DNA of 64,000 nucleotides. Source: Eledone cirrhosa. Its lineage: Eukaryota. The translations under genes were made by a program, and so were the position numbers. The notes under the pieces are model-generated. The model was given only the letters and a program-made list of their open reading frames with translations. It did not search any database and was not told where the DNA came from. Where the stretch lies: contig OZ024742.1 of assembly GCA_964016885.1 (NCBI GenBank), positions 172,236,001-172,300,000 of the forward strand, read 5' to 3'. How positions within the stretch are numbered: the stretch's first letter is position 1; the number at the start of each line of letters is the position of its first letter. Positions 13,121 through 27,477 of this stretch are shown here, piece by piece.

Positions 13121-14654
13121 TGCGCCAATAACCGCCATCATTGTCTTATGAATCCACTCAACTGATTGATTCTTATTAATCTCTAACTTCTCCGTTCAAC
13201 AACTTCCTCACTCTATCTATCATCAATTTTCACAGCTTGCTTGACTATCTATCTATTCGTCCATATTTCTAACCCTCTCCATGCTATTCATTCAATACTT
13301 CTCCCATTCATTCGTTAATGTCAGCCCACTGTCAATCATGTATCCACCCCACTCTTCAACCCTACTTTCTTCTTTTTCTTTATTTTCTCTTCTTTTTCCG
13401 TTTAGGGCGATTTCTATATTTCCTTTATATATTAATGTCTTAACACAGCACATATAGATTAAAGAATTAAAATGTCGCTCGGTCAAATAATATATTGGAT
13501 CGTTCTGTCCGTGTCTTTAGGCCGTTTAAACGGATCTAGTGAGCACAATGGAAACCTTTGCCTTTCTTTCTATTTCTTTACAATATAGACTCTTCTTACT
13601 TTAAAAATAATGAAAGCATTTACTCATCAAATATCGAAATCTAACCAACCCTTCTGAGTGAAATTGCGTAGATGGAAATTGTACTGAAGCCCATCTGGTT
13701 TTTGTACTTTAATTCAAATGTGCAGCCTAGTTATCCCCTGTGTCACGCTGAATATTTACAAGAAATAAGATAGGGTAGATCATGTCTGTGACATACTGAA
13801 CCGCCTGAAAAATAGTACAACAACAATCGACCTGTAATTCAAATGTCCAGTCAAATCACATAAATTTCCACATTGAATCTCTCTGAGAAAAACTTAAAGA
13901 TTACATGCATCTGTAAAATATTCAGCCACGTTAACTATGAGATGGACTTTAAAAGTAAGTCAACAGTCCATGTGAATATCCTGGAGTCACGGGGAATCTC
14001 CCGGAGAATCACGTTAGAGTACGCTATCTATGTGGTATGCTCAGCTACATACACTTGGTTAGCGAGTGTTCTATTGAAAAGCTGGAATACACGTCATCGA
14101 AACCAACGGTCTCCATTTGCGTTTAATGAATCTATTGAGCCTCAATCGTTAATATCTTCTGCTCTGATTCATTTAAAGAAGGGAAATAATGCGTTGAGTT
14201 TTTGCCAAATACAACTTCTGGATGTCGCTGACCACGTGTTCTCATCTGGAAAGTTCCTCCCCAAGATGTACGCCAGATGTAGTTATTTGTAGAGCACTAG
14301 CAGCAGTCCAATCATGTTAATCTGCCTTGTCAAACATCATCGATGCTATATAAATGAAAGTCAAATGCTGACATATCTTGACACCAGTGATGTCGAAGGT
14401 GAACTCACAGTTCTAAAAGTGATATCGCAAGACAACTTCATCGATGTCTTAACAATTCGATTAAGCTACTACCCGGGACATGTAGTTTATTTATACCTAA
14501 TAAATATTAAAGGGCTCATCTAATTGTGAGAAGGCACACACAGACCCACCCTATGACGGATATGACCACCCAGGATGTGAGAGCGAGAAGGAGAAGGGAT
14601 TAAAGACAAATTCTAATCAAATTCAACGGGATAAACTACAAAGATAAGGTAAAA

Positions 14655-14820
14655 AGGCATAGCTGTATAGTTAAGGAGTTAATTCCACAACCAGTTAATT
14701 CTGAGTTCACGCTTGCTATATGGTAACTAAGGCAAGTGCCTTCTATTCAAATCTCGGGTTCACCGATGCTCCAATAAGTTGTGAATGTAATTTGGTAGAC
14801 AGAAACTACAGAAGCTGTGT
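14655..14820 (+). mobile_element. Octopod-type tRNA-derived SINE (degenerate)
   Basis: agctgtatagttaaggag...ctgagttca...ggcaagtgccttcta...tttggtagacagaaac. Related copies lie near 29800, 51570, 53845 and 54030. Confidence 0.6.
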
Positions 14821-15699
14821 GTGTCGCGTGTTTGCACCAGTGTTCATATTTGTGTTTATGTCTTGTATCTAAGCGGATAAAAGCACACAGAGAAAAAGAT
14901 ATCGATAAAATAGTTACCAATCTTGTCAGAAATACAGCCATTTGTCCCAGAATCACCGCATTTCGAAGATTGAATCAGAAAATGTATAAATATGATGTTA
15001 CTGAAATAAATGCAGCAGTGAACGCAAAAGGCCGTTACCTAAATACAAGTCCTAATTAACTACGTGTCATGCCCAGTGGTTATATTTTGAAACAATTTTC
15101 TTGTAGGGATTACTATTTTAATGAGTGTTTGACTAAGATAACGAGATAGAAATTCTACGTGTATACACATTGTATATCATGTCTCTCTAAATGAATGTAT
15201 TAATTTACATGTTATATAACTATCTATGTATTCATGTATGTATGTACGTATGGTTGGTTAACATCTCTCCCTGAATGACATTATCAATTAAATGTTTGTT
15301 AAAAATATTGTCTGTCCAGTATTTAAATAGTTCTTTTATGCTATTACACTGTTTACTACTTTATTATTATCTTCTGGCCAGGGGCGAGATTGATATTTAG
15401 TTCAAGATCTACCTAGATGTAGCTTCATATTTATTATTTATAGTTATTTATATTTATTTGTTGGCGTATCGTTTTACTTTTGTTAATGTTTCAGATTTCA
15501 TGTGATGAAACTCTGTCTAGGTGTTTATCGATGTCTACCTATTTACATACATACACCCCAACCTACATGTCTACGTACTTACATCCCTACCTACCTAACT
15601 ACATATCTACCTGCTTCTCTACCTCCACACCAATCTACATACATACATACATACATATACATCTAACCAATCTATTACTCGATCTGTATCAATCTTTGC

Positions 15700-16490
<791 letters not shown>

Positions 16491-16824
16491 TATAACGGCT
16501 ATATCGATGTGTTTTGTATACGCTCTTGTGAATACACGTATATATTATCCCTGATCACGCTGTAGATGAATGGAATAATTGTCTAATTTTGAAACAGTGT
16601 AAATATAACACAAATTCACACATACACTTGGATATAACGTGTTATATTTGTGAGTAGTAAATATGCAACTTTTAAGTGTCTGCAAATAACAACTACGTGA
16701 ATTCTATTTTTCATATTGAAATGAGACCAATCTGTCTTTTTCTCTCTCTCTCTCTCTCTCTCACTCACCCCCTGTGTCTCTCTATGTGTGCGTGTGTGTA
16801 GATCTAGATCTATCTATTTATTAC

Positions 16825-16889
<65 letters not shown>

Positions 16890-17445
16890 AGTTAAAACAA
16901 TGAAATAAAAAATCAAGTCATTAGAAATATACTTCACTGCTTTACGATCGTTTCTAGAGATGATAATACATCGTAAATATACTTCGATATAGATCTATGT
17001 AAGTTTAGTTACAAGATATCAGATAAAGAGAATATTTACTTACATGCATATCACCAGCTGTTGTCAAAAGCAATAATAGTTTTATTCAAAATTAGTAGTA
17101 AATTAGTATTATCTTTAGTTCTATGACCTTGTTTGAAGAACTAACCAATCAGATTGTTTTTTTTTCCATATGATGTTAAGATGAACAATAATTAACTTTA
17201 GTTGAGGTCATGACCCTTTGAAAGGAATGGTTGAATGGTGTTAATAACAGAATTGTCATAAACAAATCTATTAGGAAGAAAGGGATTGTCAAATTGATAT
17301 TTGAATGTATCTGGTATAGTGAAGTTTAAAAGGAATGTAAAAATTAAATGTTGAGTTGTATTGTATGGAGTCTTTAGGTGAATATAAATTAAGGTCATGG
17401 CTAGGAAAGATATTATATTAAAAGATGAGAATTATAATAAGATAA

Positions 17446-17625
17446 TTGTTTCTACTTTAGGTACAAGGCCAGCAATTACCCAGTGCATTACTGGTACTTT
17501 ATTTTATCGACCCCGTAAGGATGAAAGGCAAAGTCAACCTGGGCGGGATTTGAACTCAGATTGTAAAAGGACGTAACTATGCTGGAAAGCATGGCGTCCG
17601 ACCCTCTACCGATACTGCCAATCCA
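17446..17625 (-). mobile_element. tRNA-derived SINE with Meta-domain-like core
   Basis: Minus strand: tggcagtatcggtag (A box), gagttcaaatcc (B box), gcctttcatccttacggggtcgataaaataaagtaccag core, tail aaagtagaaacaatt. Confidence 0.85.
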
Positions 17626-18136
17626 CCGAAGATAATGAAATACAGTAATACAATAATATAATATAATGTAACACAATATAGTACGGTGTGTTAAATTGTA
17701 CTTAGTATAATACAGCGTATGATACACCTTAAAATACTTTCAAGTGTGTCTATGTATAGATAATCAAGCTCAGATAAATACATGTTGACATAGTCAAAAC
17801 GCATAAATTTCATAGTTCACAAAGTGCATATACCCACATTATATATAGAGGTATAGTTATATTGATACTCAACTAAAAATATGCATACACATAAATAGAT
17901 GCAAACATATACATACATATACACATGTGCACACAATCATATACACATATATCTATATCTATATATATATATTTACATATACACACCTATACACACATAT
18001 ATATATATATGTATGTACACACACATATATGTACACACACACACATATAAACACTCATACACATATACTCGCATATACACACATACACATACACACACAC
18101 ACAAATATATATATATATATATATATAGTAATACTA

Positions 18137-18650
18137 ATAAATTTGAAGACTGAAATCCAAAGAGGGCTCGATAAGGATAAATATATATCAAATAAATATA
18201 TATCAAGTAGAACGGTTTCCTAGTTAGAATTCTTGTCTACGACTTCAGTTATACCATTTACGTGGTTTTGTCTTTGCGTGCAATTGTTCTCTCCGCTCCA
18301 CATATGACGTACTTTCTTCATTTTTTCCGTTCATTGCCAGAGAACGTGTCTATGAACCACCTAATAGAATATTAGTCTACGACGTCCTTTATACCATAAA
18401 CGTGGTTTTCTCTTTGCGTATAATTGTTTTTCACCGCTCCAAATAATGACGTATTATATTCGCTTTTTCTCGTTCTTTGACATGGAACGTTTCCACAAAC
18501 CAAAGTATCGTGTCCCTGTCTTCCTCCGGTTGAAACGTTTTTTGAAATATTCAGTTCTGCGTTCGCGGATTCACTTTGTTAGTTTCAGAAGATCCCGTTA
18601 AGGGTGAAAGCAGCGATTCTTTGCTTAAACTTTAATCTGTTATTTTAATA
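18137..18650. repeat. Interspersed repeat with an internal ~140-bp tandem duplication; related to 40955-41166 and 53670-53730
   Basis: Shared gactgaaatccaaagagggctc start and ccgttaagggtgaaagc...ttattttaat end; 18220-18360 resembles 18361-18500. Confidence 0.65.
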
Positions 18651-18879
18651 TATATATATATATATATATATTCCCATATCATACATACATAGATACATAT
18701 TTACTCATGCAATTACGGGTGGTTGTGTACCTTGTTGCCCTTTGTCATTAACGCATAAATCTAAGGAAGCTAAAACATTAGAGGGTAAGAAATAAGCATG
18801 AATGCATATACTTAGGGGAAGGGATACTAACAAATGTTACGCTATTTCGAATTATATTGAGTTTATATTTGAAATATTT

Positions 18880-19445
18880 CATTAGGTTTATAGTATTTAA
18901 ATGTTTTTCGTAAACGGTGATTACAAATTATAATGAGTTCCTGTCTTTTATTCAATAAATCGTACTTAGATTTAGTAATTTCCAAGATATCCCTTGAACA
19001 TAAGCTGCATTCTCTTCTGTTCCCAAAAATATGGAGTTCTTTGTAGAATGGTGTTCCACGATAGCTTCAAATATATATATATATTTTTTATAGTTATTTA
19101 CTGCTTCAACTAAAGATGTGGTGTTAGCTAGATTAGGATTGTTAAAACTACTAGAGTTGCGTAAAATCTTTTCTTAAATGTGTTTGATGTAGATACTTTA
19201 TGTTTTGTTGGAGTCACTAGTAGACACAGTGCATTTATATATTACATTATTAATCAAACAGTTGCCATTTAAGGGGTAAATGCTTCTATGTCTGCAATTA
19301 CAAAATTCGTAAGATGGTTGTTGGGGGTACCTATACCATTCTCATTAATACTTGAGCTAATCCTATTGTAATTAATGTTAGCGGGAAAATGAAGGTGGGT
19401 TTGTGGGTGGTTTAGTGCTAGGCTTGTATTGTGATATCTCTGTAT
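18880..19445 (-). pseudogene. Decayed PLE GIY-YIG remnant
   Basis: Minus strand NVIYKCTVS...STSNTFKKR, similar to the 5700-6060 domain. Confidence 0.6.
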
Positions 19446-19666
19446 ATATATTTCGTTTCTGAATTTGTTTAGCAAGATTCTTTATCTGAAATCGTGTGTT
19501 GAAACCGATATTGTTATACTTTGGGAGGGTCATGTTGCCAATAAGAAACACACGCACCAGTTGCTTTCACTTCAATTTAATTTATTAAATATTTATAAAT
19601 TTACAAATTTATAAATTTCTGGTTGGTTGGTTGGTTCCACAACCAGATAGTTGTTTATATATATAT

Positions 19667-19711
19667 AGTCATAGTTCTTTCGTCACACACTCTGTGACCT
19701 CTTCAGTGACT
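19667..19711 (-). ncRNA. Type-I HHR (left arm)
   Basis: Reverse complement of 21119-21163. Confidence 0.8.
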
Positions 19712-19998
19712 GGGGATTCTTTTCTTTCTTCGTTTCTGTGCCTTTCCTTTCTTCTATCCTACGCCATTTTGTTTGTGTGTGGGTTGCGTGCTCAATTTGC
19801 GCATGCGCCACATCCGGGTGTCTGTGTGTGTTTGTGTTCATTTTTCTATTTTTCTATTTATATTTTTTTATTTGTTTGTTTATTTATTTATTTATTGTTG
19901 GTTGGTTGTTTGTTCTATGTGTGTGTGTGTTTTCATTTTGTGTGTGTTTTCAATTGTAAGTTGTTTGTTCGATGTGTGTGTGTGTTTTCATTTTGTCC

Positions 19999-20442
19999 TT
20001 AATTGTAAGTTGTGATGTTGCTGTTCCACTCATATTTTCTATTTAATTTTGGTTTTAATTCTTTTATGCTTACAGCCTCTGTAATTTGCCTAAACATTGC
20101 GTCTTTCTTGTGTGTGGATTCTATTTTTATTTCTATGCTCTCTAATTTACCCCTGTGTTCTATCTTAGCATGTTGGTAGAGCACAGATGATTCTTTATTA
20201 TCTTGGAGGTCTCGCCAGTGTTCATTTATTCGTTCCCCTATACTACGAGCTGTCTCACCTATGTACACTACATTTTTGTTTCTACATTGTCCTTCAGTAC
20301 ATCTTATGCTATATACTACATTTCTAGTTTTACAGTTAATATGGGGGCTTATTTTACAGGTTATACATTTCTTATCTATACATGAGGGTCTTTGGAACGG
20401 GTATGTCTTGCTAATAAGTGTAGCAAGACATACCCGTTCCAA
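19999..20442 (-). CDS. PLE GIY-YIG endonuclease domain (left arm; 5'-truncated, uninterrupted)
   Basis: CITC...NVVYSIRC...VYIGETARSIGERINEH...RQITEAVSIKELKPKLN. The N-terminus crosses the palindrome centre. Confidence 0.75.
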   Translation of the reverse strand: MERVCLATLISKTYPFQRPSCIDKKCITCKISPHINCKTRNVVYSIRCTEGQCRNKNVVYIGETARSIGERINEHWRDLQDNKESSVLYQHAKIEHRGKLESIEIKIESTHKKDAMFRQITEAVSIKELKPKLNRKYEWNSNITTYN

Positions 20443-20835
20443 AGACCCTCATGTATAGATAAGAAATGTATAACCTGTAAAATAAGCCCCCATATTAACT
20501 GTAAAACTAGAAATGTAGTATATAGCATAAGATGTACTGAAGGACAATGTAGAAACAAAAATGTAGTGTACATAGGTGAGACAGCTCGTAGTATAGGGGA
20601 ACGAATAAATGAACACTGGCGAGACCTCCAAGATAATAAAGAATCATCTGTGCTCTACCAACATGCTAAGATAGAACACAGGGGTAAATTAGAGAGCATA
20701 GAAATAAAAATAGAATCCACACACAAGAAAGACGCAATGTTTAGGCAAATTACAGAGGCAGTAAGCATAAAAGAATTAAAACCAAAATTAAATAGAAAAT
20801 ATGAGTGGAACAGCAACATCACAACTTACAATTAA
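20392..20835 (+). CDS. PLE GIY-YIG endonuclease domain (right arm; 5'-truncated, uninterrupted)
   Basis: Identical protein to the left arm except at the loop-encoded residues. Confidence 0.75.
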   Translation: MERVCLANKCSKTYPFQRPSCIDKKCITCKISPHINCKTRNVVYSIRCTEGQCRNKNVVYIGETARSIGERINEHWRDLQDNKESSVLYQHAKIEHRGKLESIEIKIESTHKKDAMFRQITEAVSIKELKPKLNRKYEWNSNITTYN

Positions 20836-21118
20836 GGACAAAATGAAAACACACACACACATCGAACAAACAACTTACAATTGAAAACACACACAAAATG
20901 AAAACACACACACACATAGAACAAACAACCAACCAACAATAAATACATAAATAAACAAACAAATAAAAAAATATAAATAGAAAAATAGAAAAATGAACAC
21001 AAACACACACAGACACCCGGATGTGGCGCATGCGCAAACTGAGCACGCAACCCACACACAAACAAAATGGCGTAGGATAGAAGAAAGGAAAGGCACAGAA
21101 ACGAAGAAAGAAATCCCC

Positions 21119-21163
21119 AGTCACTGAAGAGGTCACAGAGTGTGTGACGAAAGAACTATGACT
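21119..21163 (+). ncRNA. Minimal type-I HHR (right arm)
   Basis: agtca-CTGAAGA-g-gtcaca gagtg tgtgac-GAAA-gaac-TA-tgact. Confidence 0.82.
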
Positions 21164-21321
21164 ATATATATATAAACAACTATCTGGTTGTGGAACCAAC
21201 CAACCAACCAGAAATTTATAAATTTGTAAATTTATAAATATTTAATAAATTAAATTGAAGTGAAAGCAACTGGTGCGTGTGTTTCTTATTGGCAACATGA
21301 CCCTCCCAAAGTATAACAATA

Positions 21322-21376
<55 letters not shown>

Positions 21377-21454
21377 GTAATAAATAGATAGATCTAGATC
21401 TACACAGCGAGAGAGTGGGGGTTGGGTTGAGTGTTATATATATATATATATAAC

Positions 21455-21646
21455 GAAGGAAGTGTTGTAAGCAGTCAGCTGGACCATAAGGCACCAGAGT
21501 ACTCGATACTTCGGGTAGTAGAGTTGATAATAGGAAAAGAGTCAGGACCCCGACGGCTGTGCTTCGGTCGTGTCGACAGCTAAGGTCTGAACTCAGACCT
21601 ACCTGTTGAACTGGCCGGAGCTCAGCCGTCAGCGTCCTGACTCTTT
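21455..21646 (-). repeat. Palindromic ~200-bp repeat module (here 'family X'), diverged copy
   Basis: Homologous to 33151, 57991 and 62483; arms aaagagtcaggac...gtcctgactcttt; (TA)n on both sides. Confidence 0.7.
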
Positions 21647-21828
21647 GCATATATATATATATAACCAAAGATTAATATGTTTCGTTGATTACTCAACGAA
21701 TACAGTTTTACAATATATTAGAAGCACTCAACAAGAAAGAAAAAAAGTTTTCCTGGAGTTTTTAATACTATTCAAAATGTACTGAAAAAACGTACTGAAA
21801 AAATAGCACAGTACCTTTGAAATATATA

Positions 21829-22236
21829 TGTAGGGATCCCTAGCGTCGAGAACCAGAAGTAATGAGAGTTACGTCCCATGTGGACTATGAATTGAGAGAC
21901 CGAAGTTGCCCGTCCTCTTACAAAGCCAGCAATCCTGGAGTTAAGATGTACTTTTGCCTTCTCCCACTTTTAGTTCACCCACGCCATGTGGAATGAACAT
22001 ATTAAGAGCAACTCACTCACTAACTATGGTCGCAGACTACAACAACCTCATGAACAAACAACGAATAACATTGTCAACCTTCGCAACTCGTGGTAATATG
22101 TTTATAGTTCTTTTTGACTCAAGTGATGTAAACCTTTATATACAGTGTATAGAGAAAAATCATTCATTCTTGTTATTTTCATCTAACAACCATGTTAATT
22201 CCATCTAACTATTTCTTAAAAATACCCTTTGTTAAA
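21829..22236 (+). repeat. 5' LTR
   Basis: TGTAG...GTTAAA; direct repeat of 26916-27316, roughly 93% identical by eye. Confidence 0.92.
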
Positions 22237-22933
22237 TTGGTGACGCAGCCGTGGGAACTAAATGTTCCTTTTTAAAAAAATAGAAGTGGTATTTAAAAAA
22301 ACCCAAAAAAACCAAAAAAACAGAAAACAACACGCATTTTCCTGATCATGGATTCATTTGCCAACATCAACAACTTTCTCTTTCCAAGCTTGTCATCTAC
22401 ATCCTACGATATGATCAAATTTCACTTTTTAAAATTATTCACCAAACTTCCATTCTACGGAACATTTACAGTGACTTCGCTTTTATGTTTCGATTCATTA
22501 CTAGACCTTTCACCACGTGCTTCGTAATTTCAACAAAAAAAGACAATACTACTAGCTTCCGAGCAAGAGAACGATCACATAAGGAAGAGAAAACTGAACT
22601 TTTTGTAAATAATAATTATGTAAATATTTTTTTCTCTTTCCTTTGCTGAAAATTTTGAAGATGTCAAGATGGCGGTTTCTTCTTCAACGGTTTCTTTTTC
22701 GCGCGAAACTGTGAACTATGTTGGTTTTTGCTTTAGGTTCTCTGTAGATATATTGATAATGCCATTGTTTGCTTAGTCGCTCACTTACACAATATTTTGG
22801 ATACATTCTTTTGACTGTCCGATTGTTTGAAGAAAAGACAGAAAAAAACAAGTGGGTTTATTTTCTTTTTCTCCGGTGTTCGAGGTATTTTTCTTTATGG
22901 AGACGCATTTTGCCGCTTACTGAGATTGCACCA

Positions 22934-25900
22934 ATGACATCTCATTCTATTCGCCCTACTTATACGGGCGACGTGAAGATGTGGTTCGCTCAAATGGAAG
23001 CATTTTTCGAGGCTAACAACATCGCTGAGGCACAGCAACGTCTCCTCGTCCTTAGTGTCATTCCTCCGGCACTTCTCCCAACTATTAAGAATCTCGTATT
23101 GGAGAGACCGACTGACGCTACTTACAAGTCGTTAAACGCTGAAATACGCAGCCGGACTGCACAGTCCGCCGAGAAACGCTTTAGAGCTCTGGTCCATTTG
23201 GAGCATATCGAGGATGGCACTCCATCGAACCTCTTACGTCGAATGAAAGACCTAACAGAAGTGTCGGTAGCGGTCGAAAGCAGTTGTTTTTCTCACGGCT
23301 ACCGACCAACGTTCAAGCAATTTTGGCCCCCATTAGGGATACATGTTCTGTGGACCAAATGGCCGCCTCTGCGGACAAGGTTTTTGAGGTCACGGGTGCT
23401 AGAGGCAGCAAGGCCCTCGCCGCTGTTTCTCCCCTAGCTCAGGCCACACCTGGCCATGCCACCTGCGCAGCAACTCATGCAGACAGCGCAGCTATAATGG
23501 GTATGCAAAAAGCTATTCTGGAACTCACCCTGGAGCTACAGAAGCTGAAGGCCTTTAATAATACTCGTTCGCGCTCAAGCAACCGCGGTACATCTACCTC
23601 TTTCAGACACCTCCCAGGTCACCAGCTCCATCTTTATGCTGGTACCACGAGCGTTTTGCTGAGAACACGGAAAACTGTGTACAGCCTTGTTCTTTTGTGA
23701 AGTCGGGAAACACCAGAGAGGTTCGCTGAGTGCGGCAGTTGACCTCAGCGTAAAGCACCCGAACCGCCACTTCTTGATCAAGGACCTTCTGTCTCGAAGA
23801 GCCTTCCTCGTGGAATGGCCGGTCCATTGCCTAAAGGATACCCCGTGGAGTCATCCGTTACTCTGCAGGGTGTTAACCACTCGCCTATAAAGATGTACGG
23901 ACAAATCTCGCTTCCCCTCAAATTCCAAAATCTTCGTAGAGATTTTAAATGGATTTTTACGGCCGCTGACTTGCCATATCCAATCATAGGAGCGGATTTC
24001 CTCCACAATTTCTCCTTGATGTGGATGTCCGAGGCCAACGTCTAGTGGATGACATCACCGGTTTCTCAATTTGTGGTCAAAGAGCCGGTGCTTCAACGGT
24101 TAGCCCAACCCTCTTCATCGCTGCCGCTGGAAACGCCTACCATTCATTGTTAGAATCGTTCCTGGAGCTCATCGATGGAAATTTTCGAGTTACCGAGCCA
24201 ACTCACTCAACCGAACATTTTATTCCCACAACCAGTACTCCAGTATTTTCACGTCCACGTAGTTTACCGGCGGACAAGTTAAAGGCAGCACGGTCCGAGT
24301 TCGACCATATGCTGCAGCTGGGTATTATTCGCCCATCTACGATTCCTTGTGCTTCCCCGTTACATATGGTGCCCAAGAATTCTGGCGATTGGAGACCCAC
24401 TGGGGATGATCATGCCCGATAGATATCCGATTCCCCACCTCCAGGATTTCGCATCTTCGTTGAAGGGTTGTAAGATTTTCTCCAAACTCGATTTAGTGCG
24501 AACTTCCCACCAAATTCCGGTCAGGAAGGAAGACATTCGGAAAACAGCTTTTACGACTCCTTTCGGATCCTTCGCGTTTTTGACCATGCCTTTTGGACTC
24601 AGTAATGCCGCTAGCACTTTTCAGCGGTTCATAGACGAGGTTACTCCTGGTCTGGACTTCGTTTATGCATATATAGATGATCTTTCTGTCGCTAGTTCCT
24701 CTCCAGTAGAGCATATGCGTCATCTGAACCTTTTATTTTGCCGACTCCAGGATTACCGCGTTCGAGTGAATCCCGCAAAGTGTGTTTTACGGATCCGCTT
24801 CACTGAATTTTTTAGGTCACATAATCGACGCCGAGGGTATTCGACCCCTTCCACAGCGAGTTAAGTCTATACAGGATTTACCTCACTTCGCCAGTTGCGT
24901 CACTTCCTAGGCCTAATCAATTTTTATAGACGTTTCGTTCTTCAATGTGCAAAATTACTGTTTTCCCTTACCGAGATTTTGAAAGATCGTCGTAAGAAGA
25001 ATGAAGATATTTCCTTGACACAAGCACAACTCGAAGATTTCCAGACTGCCAAGACAGCACTTGCTAATTCATCTTTGCTAGCCCACCCAGTACCAGAGGC
25101 CAAACTTTCGTTTTGTGTCGATGCATCTGATACCGACGTGGGAGCAGTTTTACAACAGTATAACGCTGACAACCAACAACCTTTGGCATTATTCACCAGG
25201 AAGCTGAAACCGGTAGAAACTCGTTACAGCACATTTGGTCGGGAATTATTAGCCGTATATTTTCTCATATTCTTGCAGGGAGAAATGTTACGGTTTTCAC
25301 TGACCACAGACCTCTGACCTACGCTTTGAGGGCTAAAGCCGACAACTATTCGCCCAGAGAGACAAGGCACCTCGATTATATTTCGCAGTTTACCAATGAT
25401 ACCAATCACATTGCTGGCTCACTAAATACAGCCGCAGACGGCTCATCACGCTTGCCAGTCAGCTTGATTTCGTCATGCCACGAGATATATTTGAGTCGTT
25501 TGGCAGCAGACCACCTGCACTCGAATCGTTGGATACTTCATCAGCCGAATTTGCGACTTGCAACCTGAAATATATGCCCTTGTCGACTACCGACAGGCAA
25601 ATTATCTGCGACGTATCTACAGATTCACCACAACCTTATGTTCTCGAGACACACCGTCCAATTGTGTTCCTTGCTTTGCACAGCATTTCTCACCCAGGAT
25701 CTTCAGCCACAGTAAAGCGCTTAACGGCTAGATTTTTCTGGCAAAATATGAGGCGAGAAATTATTGCTTGGTGCTGTTCCTGAATACAGTGTCAAAAATC
25801 TAAAGTCCACAGACACATCCGGACTCCACTTGGTACTTTCAGTACCCCGGATGCTCGTTTTCGACACATCCACATCGATATCATTGGACCTTGGCTAGTC

Positions 25901-26760
25901 AGTAGTGGATATTCTTACCTTTTGACCTGCATTGATCGTTTTTAGCGATGGCTTGAAGCCATCCCCTTAAAGGAAATTACCGCCGAGACGATAGCGCGTG
26001 CCCTGGTATCAGAGTGGATTGCTCGCTATGGCGTTCCAACCACAATTACTACAGACCGTGTTAGGCAATTTGAATCATCTTTTCTCGGAGTTAATGGAAT
26101 TTACTGGCGCTCAACTCATTCGGACCACATCATATCATCCTGCTTCAAACGGAATGGTGGAGCGTTTTCACCGCCAATTAAAGGCCGCTCTTCGTGCTTA
26201 TCCAGACTCTCTACGTTGGAGCGAGTACCTTCCTATTGTGTTGTTAGGAATTCGGTCTTCAATAAAGGAGGACCTTGGGTTCTCGCCGGCTGAATTATTG
26301 TATGGTGCTCCTCTAGCGTTGCCTAGGAAAATACTGCCCCCTGTTGATCTTGCTATTCAAGATTCTCTTTCCTACGTATCTCGTTTGCGCTCGTATTTTC
26401 AGGACTTACCGCCTATGGATACCAGGAAACAACCTATTAAAATTGCAGCCCCGAGGGATATTGCCTCGTGGATACATGTCTTTGTCAGAAACAACGCTGT
26501 TAATCCACCTCTCACACAACCGTACTCTGGACCCTATTGTGTGTTAGCACGTACTGACAAACGTATCACTGTAGCCATTAAGGGATCCAGAGAAACAATT
26601 TCGGTTGATAGACTAAAAAGGGCATACACAGACGCTCATAAACTTGAGCCACAAATATCCCCAATCTTTCTCTATTGTACATACACCTGCTCCCCCCCCT
26701 CACCTACATAGAAGACCACGACCTGTTCCGGTCGAAGAGTCCACTGGCCAAAAAACTCTG
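22934..26760 (+). pseudogene. gypsy gag-pol (frameshifted)
   Basis: gag WFAQMEAFF; PR IIGADFL; [31 protein letters not shown]; RNase H VDASD, ELLAV; IN HPG, HIDIIGP, NGMVERFH. Confidence 0.93.
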
Positions 26761-26915
26761 TCAAACAGTTTTCATCTGAACTGGCCACTATGGGGTCTTT
26801 TCTTTTTTCTTGTATTGTGTATGCGTGTACCTTTTTTTGTTTCATACATTTGCTTTGATTCCGGGTTCGCTTCAATTACCGTCGGGTTGTTCTCCTATCG
26901 TCTGGAGGAGGGTAT

Positions 26916-27316
26916 TGTAGTGACCCATAGCGTCGAGAACCAGAAGTAATGAGAGTTACGTCCCATGGGGACTATACATTGAGAGACCGAAGGGGCCCGT
27001 CCTCTTACAAAGCCCGCAGTCCTGGAGTTAAGATGTAACTCTGCCTTCTCCCACTTTTAGTTCACCCACACAATGTGGAAGTGAACATATTAAGAGCTAC
27101 TCTCTCACTAACTATGGTCGCAGACTACAACAGCCTCATGAGCAAACAACGAATAAGATTGTCAACCTTCGCACTCGTAGTAATATGTTTATAGTTCTTT
27201 TTGACTCAAGTGAAGTAAACCTTTATATATAGAGAACAATCATTTATTCTTGTTATTTTCATCTAACAACCATGTTAATCCCATCTAACTATTTCTTAAA
27301 AATACCCTTTGTTAAA
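26916..27316 (+). repeat. 3' LTR
   Basis: Direct repeat of the 5' LTR, preceded by the PPT. Confidence 0.92.
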
Positions 27317-27375
27317 TATATAATAAAGTATATATTTTGATTATGCGAACATGTTTCATTTGTTAACATTTTGAA

Positions 27376-27473
<98 letters not shown>

Positions 27474-27477
27474 TATA

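Larger units (their letters stand above)
19508..21323. mobile_element. 1.8-kb palindrome of a PLE 3' end (GIY-YIG + pLTR with HHR)
   Basis: 19508-20413 is the reverse complement of 20421-21323, with only a few differences; 7-nt loop ATAAGTG at 20414-20420. Confidence 0.95.
21829..27316 (+). mobile_element. Full-length decayed Ty3/gypsy LTR retrotransposon
   Basis: ~400-bp LTRs at 21829-22236 and 26916-27316; PBS TGGTGACGCAGCCGTGGGA at 22238; PPT ggaggaggg at ~26904; gag-PR-RT-RH-IN order; TATA or ATATA target duplication. Confidence 0.95.

Noticed and set aside
18586-18620. CAGAAGA...GAAA as a functional hammerhead
   Set aside because: U4 is replaced by A and no stem I pairing is found.
19999-20835. 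Stand-alone bidirectional GIY-YIG nuclease gene pair
   Set aside because: The TTG starts arise only from reading across the palindrome centre; both ORFs are the truncated C-terminus of one PLE ORF.
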